DNA from: Raja brachyura
Taxonomy: Eukaryota
Assembly (NCBI GenBank): GCA_963514005.1
Contig: OY740790.1
Span: 63,488,001 to 63,552,000, forward strand
Direction: 5' to 3'
DNA: 64,000 bases
Part shown: in pieces, positions 55,531 to 64,000 of the stretch
How positions within the stretch are numbered: the stretch's first letter is position 1
Layout: each line of letters opens with the position of its first letter
Notes under the pieces: model-generated
Seen by the model: the letters and a program-made list of their open reading frames with translations, nothing else
Database searches by the model: none
Told to the model about the DNA's origin: nothing
Position numbers and translations under genes: made by a program

Positions 55531-55537
55531 GAAATAG

Positions 55538-56047
55538 ACGTAGACGGAGCTCCATACCAGAGCTCCAGCAGCAGCGAAGCAGCACTTCTGTGTTTGTGCT
55601 TTTTAAAAAAACATATGTTTATTTATTTTTATGTTACTGACTGTAAGGAAAATCCATTTTGTTGCCCTGCGACTCCGCCCGGCTCGGCCTGTGGACTTCG
55701 GGTGCCGCGGACTCCGGTGGGAGGTGGCTAATCTGGAGGTCCGGGCCGCTGAGAATGTTCTCCGTCGGGGTTCCATCATTCCCGGCGAGAGGGCCTGAGC
55801 ATCGGGCCGTCTGTGGCGGCGACTGCGGGTGCTCGGGAGGCACTGACCACGGGCGAACATCTGGGTAGATTGGCAGGGAGGCTGGCTGGACTATGGGTGC
55901 CGCTGTGGGGGTATGTTGTGTGTGGACTTCTGTGTTTGTGCTTTTTAAAAAAACATATGTTTATTTATTTTTATGTTACTGACTGTAAGGAAAATCCATT
56001 TTGTTGTCTCTAAAATGAGATAATGACAATAAATTGAATACAATACA
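55538..56047 (+). mobile_element. GC-rich non-autonomous retroposon with an internally duplicated tail, inserted in Penelope
   Basis: Ends TGACAATAAATTGAATACAATAC. Flanked by AAATAG on both sides. An 80-bp block occurs twice. Confidence 0.6.
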
Positions 56048-56221
56048 AAATAGGAGTAGGGGATAGAGTGCCAACCTCATCTACTCATCCGCTGTTCCAG
56101 TTGCCAACTTCTCTACTTCGGCAAGACGAAGCGCAGGATTCTCTCACGTCCTAATTAGAACAATGAAACCCTTACTTGCAGCAGCACAACAGAATATGTA
56201 AACATAGTACTCTGAAAACAA

Positions 56222-56660
56222 TGAAGGTTCACCAGACTCCTGGGATGGCAGGAATTCCATATGAAGAAAGACTGGATAGACTCAGCTTGTACTCGCTGGA
56301 ATTTAGAAGATTGAGGGGGGGATCTTATAGAGCCTTACAAAATTCTTAAGGGGTTGGACAGGCTAGATGCAGGAAGATTGTTCCCGATGTCTTTTAGGAC
56401 CGAGATGAGAAAATCATTTTTCACACAGGGAGTGGTGAATCTCTGGAACTCTCTGCCACAGAGGGTAGTTGAGGCCAGTTCATTGGCTATATTTAAGAGG
56501 GAGTTAGATGTGGCCCTTGTGGCTAAGGGGATCAGAGGGTATGGAGAGAAGGCAGGAACGAGATACTGAGTTGGATGATCAGCCATGATCATATTGAATG
56601 GCGGTGCAGGCTTGAAGGGCCGAATGGCCTACTCCTGCACCTAATTTCTATGTTTCTATG
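56222..56660 (+). mobile_element. CR1 3' end
   Basis: RTEMRKSFFTQGVVNLWNSLPQ followed by a TTTCTATG tail. Confidence 0.9.
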
Positions 56661-56821
56661 TATATATCATGTCTTGATTCTGACTGGTAACTACACACTT
56701 TGTCAGAGCACATTATCACACGTGCCATCTTAAATGACCACCTAAACTGTCATTTGGCAACGTAAAAAGCTGCCTAGGTTGCCCGGCAGGCAACAGAGAA
56801 AAAAAGTTAAGTGAGAGCCCT

Positions 56822-57145
56822 GCACACCATCCTGGCCACACACGCATCTCTCCGCTGCCATCAGGTAGAAGGTACAGGAGCCTGAAATCTGGAACATCCA
56901 GGTTCAGGAAGTTTCTTCCCCACAGCCATCAGACTATTAAACACAACTTCAAACAAACTCTGAACCATAACAGCCTATTGCACTTTATCTGTTTATTTGT
57001 GTGTGCGTGTGTATTTTATGGTATATGGACACAATGATCTGTTCCGTATTTATGCCTACAATATTCTGTTGTGCTGCAGCAAGCAAGAATTTCATTGTCC
57101 TATCTGGGACACATGACAATAAACTCTCTTGACTTGTCTTGACGC
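56822..57145 (+). mobile_element. Rex1/Babar 3' end
   Basis: Encodes LPSGRRYRSL and ends TGACAATAAACTCTCTTGACTTG. Confidence 0.75.
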
Positions 57146-57354
57146 TTGGCTTGGCTTGTTTACCATAGCACAACTGTGTGAAGTGGCTGCTAAAGTTGCT
57201 TTATAAATGCAAGACATGGATTTTTCTTTGTATGTGCTTTCATTTTTTATAATTTCCTTTCATTTCCCTGTTTAACCTAACAAATGACATTAGTAGCATA
57301 CATATGAAGCGTAATTGTGTATATATTTGCTCAGGACTGACATAACATCTTTAA

Positions 57355-58015
57355 AGGTTCACAAAAGTGCTGGAGAAACTCAGCGGGTGCAGCAGCATCT
57401 ATGGAGCGAAGGAAATAGGCAACGTTTTGGGCCAAAAACCTTCTTCAGACTGATGCCGGGTGGGGGGGCGGGAAGAAGAAAGGAAGAGGAGGAGCCGGAG
57501 GGCTGACGGAGAGCTGAGAAGGGGAGGAGACAGCAAGGGCTACTGGAAATTGGATAAGTCAATGTTCAAGCCGCTGAGATTACCCAAGCGGAATATGAGG
57601 TGCTGCTCCTCCAATTTCCGGTGGTGCTCACTCTGGCCATGGAGGAGGCCCAGGATAGAAAGGTCAGATTCGGAATGGGAGGGGGAGTTGAAGTGCTGAG
57701 CCATAGGGAGATCAGGTTGGTTAATGTGGACCGAGCGGAGGCGCAAAACGATCGCCAAGCCTACGCTTGGTCACACCGATGTAGATCAACTGACATCTAG
57801 AGCAGAGGATGCAATAGATGAGGTTGGAGGAGGTGCAGGTGAACCTCTGTCACACCTGAAACGACTGCTTGGGTCCTTGAATGGAGTCAAGGGGGGAGGT
57901 AAAGCGACAAGTGTAGCATCTCCTGCGGTTGCAAGGGAAAGTGCCTGGGGAGGGGGTGGTGCGGGTGGGAAGGGAAGAATTGACCAGGGAGTTACAGAGG
58001 GAGCAGTCTTTGCAA
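57355..58015 (-). mobile_element. Penelope-like element 3' end (GIY-YIG C-terminus plus terminal repeat)
   Basis: Peptide AQHFNSPSHSESDLSILGL...RKLEEQHLIFRLG...GLNIDLSNF. Confidence 0.88.
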
Positions 58016-59215
58016 GGTTCAGGTCACTTGCAAATCTGTTTTAGGAGTTAGTGCAATTTCCAGCATAAATTCATATTAAATCAGGAACACATTGACATAC
58101 AAAATAATGTCTGTTAACTGTCAAACTTAACTGTAAAACAATATGATTTATAAAATTCATTTTGAATCCTGACAGCATCAAGAACATCCAAGAGTGAATC
58201 ATGACAATATCTGAATGCATGCACAAAACTCAAAGTACTGGAGGAACTCAGCAGGCCGTGCAGCATCTTTGGAGGGAATGGACAGATAAAGTTGAGTCAG
58301 GACCCTTCTTCAGACCTCAGGTCACTGGGGTCCTCCAGCACTGTTTTGCTCAAGAGTACAGCATCTGCAGCATCCTGTGTCTCCATGTCTTTGTTCACAA
58401 TGTCTGTCCTATTCTTGCTCAATACACATTGCATTGAAGAAAGATTGTCATGCAAGGCATGGATAGAACAGGTGACGAATCAGACAGTTTAGGGCAGGAT
58501 TATTTGGCCTAGCATGTCTGCACCTTTTGGTCTCCAGCATAATCTCATCAAGCAGCACTATGTGCATAACCCTACAGGCCAAGTGAACACCAGGTACTTT
58601 ATAAACACGTGGGTTCCAAACCTACACACCCTGTTGACATTGGGGGGGGGGGGGGGGGGGAGACTCATCCTGCCCCCTAGTTTTGATCTCTCCACTAGGT
58701 GATACAGGTCCATTCTATTTACACTACATCAGCCCTCGTAATATTACACATCTCAATAGGTGTCCCAATAACTTCCTCGGTTTCAAATAAAATAACTCAA
58801 ACATTTTATGGTCTCCATAAAAATTCATAGATTTCCTCTGCACCCTCTTCAGTTTAATTACATCCTCCGTATAATGTGGTGACCTGGGCACAATATGCAA
58901 ACTGTAACTTAACTAGGGTCCAGTGCAATTTGTGCACAACTTTACTGCTCTTGAATGTCTCAAGAAATGACAGAAAACACCATTTAACCACCTTATTGCT
59001 CCGACCCATGATTCCAACCATCTTTCAACACAACTCTACTCTACTCTTGAATCTCTTTTTAAAAGTTTATACTTTTTTTCCACCAAACTATGAAATGCTC
59101 AGTTTTGCTAAAATCCACGTAGACACATCAAGCCTCAGTGTTACCTTCTCAATATAAATATTTCAATTGAGAAGTAGTGAATGGGGAGGGAAGAGCAGGT
59201 GCTGATTAACATTAC

Positions 59216-59520
59216 CTCAGGTCTCAGCAAAGTGCACAATCGTTTCGCTCCGGCGACTGTTCACTTGCACTCAACACTGTGTGCCCGAGGAGACGCTCGG
59301 CTGGATCAGCTCCCGAGCGGCGCGCACCTCCACTTCAGCAGCGGTGGATGTCCATATCCAGCACTACTGCAGCTGACCCGAGGACAGAATGTGTGTCTCG
59401 CCGCCCGCGCTGCTGCTGCTGCTGCTACTGCTGCTACTGCACCGGGTGGGAGAGCGCTATCTCCCCGCGCGCTCGCGCCTCTGTTCTGTTTACAACCGCC
59501 ACCCTTGGAGCTCCACTCGC
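59216..59520 (-). other. BTBD8: Putative non-coding first exon (5' UTR) of the BTBD8-family gene; 5' boundary approximate
   Basis: Lies in the CpG island and ends at a strong donor GAG|gtaat (GT at 59215-59214). If spliced to 49430, an in-frame TGA (59219-59217) precedes the junction, so the exon is non-coding. Confidence 0.65.
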
Positions 59521-59700
59521 GGCTCGCGGGCGGGTACACACGTGATTCCCCACGCCCCGTCGGCGTCACCGCACGGAACTTCCCTCACCCGACGCTATGA
59601 TGTCATAATCCGCGCTCTAAACGGACGGCGTGACGTCACAATCCGCGCTCCAACGCACGGCGGCGTGACATCACAATAGGCACCGTCGCGACGTCATGGG
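59230..59700 (-). promoter_or_regulatory. CpG-island promoter of the BTBD8-family gene
   Basis: Sharp rise in GC and CpG in non-repetitive sequence. GC box GGGCGGG at 59528, E-box CACGTG at 59539-59544, CRE TGACGTCA at 59631-59638 plus variants. Confidence 0.75.
59409..59440 (-). repeat. Interrupted (CAG)n microsatellite in the putative 5' UTR exon
   Basis: Plus strand reads GCTGCTGCTGCTGCTGCTACTGCTGCTACTGC. Confidence 0.9.
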
Positions 59701-59960
59701 GGGGGACGACAAGACGGTGGAGCTGCTGCCTCCCAGCGGCCAGGGACGCGGGTTCGATCCTGACCTCGGGTGCTGTTTTTGTGGAGTTTGCATGTTCTCC
59801 CTATCACCACGTGGGTTTCCTCCAGGTGTTCTGCTTCCCTCCCGATGCTTTGGTTTCCTCCCACATCCCAAAGACGAGCAGGTGTGTAGATTAATTGGCC
59901 TCTGTAAATTACTTCTACTTGTGTGGGAAGTGGCTGAGAAAAATGGGTTCTAACGTTGAA
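59700..59960 (+). mobile_element. V-SINE abutting the promoter
   Basis: B-box GGTTCGATCC at about 59751, then GTGGAGTTTGCATGTTCTCCC and GGTTTCCTCCCACATCCCAAAGAC. Confidence 0.8.
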
Positions 59961-60135
59961 CGAGTATAAGATAGACACAAAATGCTGGAGTAACTCAGCA
60001 AGTCAGGCACCATCTCTGGAGAAGAAGAATGAGTGAGGTTTTGGGTCGGGAACCTTCTTCAGATTGAAAGGAGACCGGGAGAGGTGAAAAGCTGGAAGTG
60101 AGAAAAGACCAGGATCAATTGAGGTCAGCCGCAAA

Positions 60136-61230
60136 TAGGGTTGCCAACTGTCCCATATTAGCTGGGACATCCCGTTTATTGGGCTAAATTGGTTTGTCCA
60201 ATATGGGACTGCCCTTGTCCCATATTTGACTGCTACTACTCAGGTCGAGAGGACTGTCGGGTCGGAGCGCCGCGTCCGGCCCTGCCTCACCCGTCCCGAC
60301 AAAGTGCAGCCCATGGAGTGCAGCAACAGCACCTTGCCCGTGGCAGCTGTCCGACCTTCGGACCTTCGCTTACCGTAGACACCACCACCCCTCCTTCTCA
60401 TGGCCGATCATCAGTTCATGAGTTGGATGGGATGCTGGACTTTGCATGCAGCAGAACACAAAGACCTGCCGGTGGGCCAGCTGAGGAGTTTTGGCCCAGG
60501 CGTCCGACTTTGCGCTCACGCAAAGTCCGGCGCCCTGGCAAAAACTCCTCAGCTGGCCCGCCGGCTGGGCTTTGTATGCAGTCCAGCACCCGGGCCAACT
60601 CATCATTCATCCAGCCACGGCCGAGTCAGTCAACGAATTGCCCCGGACTTGGTAACTGGGTTGACATCCTGTCACTTTCCGTGCATCCGTTGCACTCCTG
60701 GTTCATCGCAAAGATCAAAATTCAAAATTCGAAGTACGGTGTCTACTGAATGTGTCGATACCATCGTAACCATCGCAGCATCGTAAAGTCGAATTATCAC
60801 AAGTCGAGGAGCATGTGTACTCTGTAATCACCGGAGGGCACGCTTACAGACAGATCCTAGATCTGATACAACAGCGAGTGTGTGTGTTGCATGTGCTGTT
60901 GACGCCACGCACGAGTGATTCACCCGACATCCAATCACATGCCCCCTTATGCGCATCGGTTGTACGCTATACTTTGTCAATTCCTGCCTAAACAAAAAGT
61001 TTCCGTAATGTCTGGTGTTGTTCGGTCAGTTTGCACATGCAAATATGGATAAACCTGCAAAAAAGAAAAGACTGTGCAGCTATAACAAGCAATGGGAAGC
61101 AAAAAAGACGTGGGTTAAGCCTGTCAGTGGTGACTCGACGAAGGTCTTCTGTACCTTATGCCATCGGGAATTTGTCCCTTATTTTGACCTTTTGACCCTT
61201 ATTTGGGAATGGGATAAGTTGGCAACCCTA
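60136..61230 (+). mobile_element. hAT (Blackjack-like) internally deleted DNA transposon
   Basis: TIRs TAGGGTTGCCAAC / GTTGGCAACCCTA, subterminal TGTCCC motifs, 8-bp TSD GCCGCAAA/GCCACAAA (60128-60135 and 61231-61238). Confidence 0.88.
61045..61173 (+). pseudogene. hAT transposase N-terminal remnant (basic NLS-like patch and first half of a BED finger)
   Basis: MDKPAKKKRLCSYNKQWEAKKTWVKPVSGDSTKVFCTLCHREF shows the W...W...CxxC pattern and is joined directly to the right end of the element. Confidence 0.7.
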
Positions 61231-61347
61231 GCCACAAATAACCTCAGCCAGGGCTGTGTAGGAAGGAACTGCAGATGCTGGTTTAAAGATAGAAGATGGA
61301 CACAAAATGCTGGAGTAACTCAGCATCTCTGGTGAGAAGGAACAGGT

Positions 61348-61375
61348 GACGTTTCGGGTCGAGACCCTTCTTCAG
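61348..61375 (-). ncRNA. Minimal hammerhead ribozyme core in a solo Penelope terminal repeat, intact
   Basis: Same 28-nt core as at 23042 and 49992. Confidence 0.6.
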
Positions 61376-61848
61376 AGCTGTGCCTGGTAGGTCTACCAGG
61401 TAGGTCTGGAACTAGTGTGAATGGGTGATCAATGGTCGGCGTGGAGTCAATGGGCCAAAGGGCCTGTTGTAATGCAAATCAAACAAATGCAAATTGTGCA
61501 ACAACTGACTCAGCAACATGACGTCAAAAATACAGTACATTCTGATGTGACAATGGTGTGTTGTCTCTTGGTATGTTCTGCTCATCATGCCCTTTGAATG
61601 CTCCATTCAGCTACAGTACCCTCCATAATTTTCGGGCCAAAGACCCATCGTTTCTTTATTTGCCTCTGTACTCCACAATTTGAGATTTGTAATAGAAAAA
61701 ATCACATGTGGTTAAAGTGCACATTGTCATATTTTAATAAAGGCCATTTTTTTACATTTTGGTTTTACCATGTAGAAATTACAGCAGTGTTTATACGTAG
61801 TCCCCCCATTTCAGGGCACCATAATGTTTGGGACACAGCAATGTCATG

Positions 61849-61983
61849 GGGTGGGAGGTTGCAACCTTCACGTGGTCCACGTTTCGACGAATGCAATCAA
61901 CCTGGCGTGCACAAACAAATAAGATCAAATAGAACAAGCTGTCCGACAACTTTCGGCTGTGCATGCCACAGGCAAGAAGAAGA
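61849..61983 (+). mobile_element. Short retroposon with (AAG)n tail
   Basis: 12-bp TSD AGCAATGTCATG (61837-61848 and 61984-61995). Confidence 0.75.
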
Positions 61984-62310
61984 AGCAATGTCATGTAAGT
62001 GAAAGAAGTCATGTTTAGTATTTTGTTGCATATTCTTTGCATGCAATGACTGCTTGAAGTCTGCGATTCATTGACATCACGACTTGCTGGGTGTCTTCAC
62101 TAGTGATGCTCTGCCAGGCCTGTATTGCAGCCATCTTTAGCTTATGCTTGTTTTTGGGGCTTGTCCACATCAGTTTTCTTTTCAGCATAAAAAAGGCATG
62201 CTCATTGTGTTCAGTTCGGGTGATCGACTTGGCCACTCAAGAATTGTCCATTTTTTAGCTTTGAAAAATTTCTTTGTTGCTTTAGCAGTATGTTTGGGAT
62301 CATTGTTTTG

Positions 62311-63081
62311 ACTTTTTTTGTTTTTTTTAGTATGTCCAAAAGTATTTTTTAGTATTTCTCTGTATGTCCTGTGTGGAGTGTGGTGAGGGGGAATAGGGGG
62401 AAACCGTTTTCAGGCATCTACCTCGACAGAGATTCGACTTTCTTCCTTGTCGCTTCTTCGTCCCATTCCTCGCGGCCTTACAGCTAGTTTGGTGCGGCCT
62501 TTCCCGGAGTCTGGCCCAAAGCTTCAGCGGCGGCGCAGCGGGGACGTTAACATCATGGAGCGGAGCGTCCCCTTGCCATGGGTGGCCAGAGAAGTGGTCC
62601 GACCACTGGCCGCGGGCCTACAACATCTTGGAGCCTCTGTCTGTAGAGTTCCTGCGGCAGGCGTGGAACGGACCTTCCATCGTGGAACAGGCGATCCGTC
62701 GACGGGGTAGTGCTCCGATCGCCGGCATGCAAACTACAACATCTGGAAACTGCGGTCTCCGGTAAGGAGGAGGCCAACTGGGAGCTCCGGGCCACAGGGT
62801 GTGCTTGACCTGTCCCAACGTCGGCATTTCGACCATCCCATCCAGAGGGCTTGAACATCGGGCAGTCCGTAGCGGCGACTACGGAGGGTCAGGGCCCCGA
62901 CCACAGGTGAATGCGGAGGACTGTCTGAACTGTACTGCCTTCCACCACAGTGCTGAATGCTGTGGTGGATGTCTGTGTTGAATTATGTTGTGTATTGCGT
63001 CCTTTTTTAATTGTAACGTTGCATGGTAAATTATATTTCACTGCACCTTATGGTGCACGTGACAAATAAATTAGACTTGAA
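62311..63081 (+). mobile_element. GC-rich non-autonomous retroposon with a Rex1-like 3' tail
   Basis: Inserted in the Tc1 element. Tail TTTCACTGCACCTTATGGTGCACGTGACAAATAAA resembles the Rex1 3' ends at about 31570 and 47770. Confidence 0.6.
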
Positions 63082-64000
63082 TTGTCTTGCTGTAGAATGA
63101 ACCGCCGGGGACTTCCAGTGGCGCTATGCAGGGCTAGATACCAGCGCCAGTTAGCTCCATAAAAAATCCGCAAAAAACCGGACCTACCTGCTGTTACTGC
63201 ACCGGCTGCCTGCAACGCGTGAGTGATGTCATTTTGCGCGACTCCGGTATGTCTAGCAATGTTACAACATTTTGAGATTTAAAAAATCAAGTCTGCAATT
63301 TATCCCATCAGATAAAGCATAAAAAGAAGTTTAATTTGACACCTAATTCACTTTCATATCTTCAGTATTAAAAACCTTATGGCCATTTTCATACTCAGAA
63401 ATTAGCATCTTGTTCCCTATTGCTTTTCCATTGACTTAACTCAAAAGCTGTGATCTAGGACAGTCAAAAGCCCATAACTTTCTTAAAAATTAAGAGAACT
63501 CAATGAAATTTTCAGTTATTATAGATTGAAGCATTCTGAAACAAATATGAAACAATATTACTTGGATGACCTGAAATTAAAGCATATAATTAGTTAGTTA
63601 TCTAATTGTAGCTAATTACAAAATTCAATTACTAGATCTAAACATCTATCCATTTCTTAAGAAAAGATAAACTTTTTTAAATTGCCTAAGTGTCCAAATA
63701 ACATTCACACAATAATTCACAATATAACATGATTTTTAAATCTCTTCATGAATTTATAGGCCAAATGGAAGGAATTTAGTGTTTAATTCCTATAACTTAA
63801 TGGCCATTTAAATCAACGCAAGTGGGTTTTAGTGGAATGCGGTGGATTAGACCGTTGCGGTTTGCGGAGAAGTCGGCAGGGAAAATACTGCCGGTTCATA
63901 CATTTTTTTTGTCCCCATTTCGCAACATGAAAATGTGATTAAAGCCTTCCTAAAAAACAAGTTTTAATGTAAAAATAAACTGCACTTTATTTTCTCCCCT

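Larger units (their letters stand above)
61614..63106 (-). mobile_element. Tc1-like transposon 3' end, interrupted by two retroposons
   Basis: TA|CAGTACCCTCCATAAT terminus. Peptide EHAFFMLKRKL...AWQSI...SMNRRLQAVIACKEYATKY (ORF 62015..62236). Sequence resumes at 63082 (TTGTCTTGCTGTAG). Confidence 0.85.

Noticed and set aside
59181-59679. Plus-strand ORFs (139 aa with poly-Ala; 96 aa with a poly-Leu signal-peptide look)
   Set aside because: By-products of the CpG island and the CTG repeat. The splice donor and gene orientation are on the minus strand.
60189-60786. 186-aa and 128-aa ORFs with mirrored peptides on both strands
   Set aside because: Explained by the GC-rich palindrome inside the hAT element.
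63107-64000. Probable further repeats (a GGGACTTCC-initiated piece and an AT-rich element running off the window end)
   Set aside because: No termini pair, TSD or coding motif is visible within the window, so I cannot classify them.

Overview
This is vertebrate genomic DNA, AT-rich and dense in repeats. The repeat set (CR1/HER1-type LINEs, V-SINEs, Rex1/Babar, Penelope) suggests a cartilaginous fish, probably a skate or ray (inference). One protein-coding gene spans most of the window on the minus strand: a BTBD8-family gene with two BTB domains followed by a BACK-like helical region. I assembled 12 coding exons by hand (49416 down to 3956; 1702 nt, 567 codons plus 1 nt). All introns are GT-AG and phase-compatible. 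A putative non-coding first exon lies in a CpG island at about 59.2-59.7 kb. The exon expected next in BTBD8 (AAFDKGDDRRLGKKP-like) is not visible, so the gene either continues beyond the window or ends as a short form. Almost all other ORF-track entries are retroelement or transposon debris. The most notable non-genic signals are: minimal hammerhead-ribozyme cores in Penelope terminal repeats (three intact, two of them sense within the pre-mRNA); many fold-back derivatives of those repeats; a pre-miRNA-sized hairpin at 18155-18245; a 170-bp, about 97% identical inverted repeat pair bracketing 2.2 kb; and a tandem CRE array in the promoter. Family names and human comparisons come from memory, not database searches. 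Repeat boundaries are approximate unless a TSD is given.
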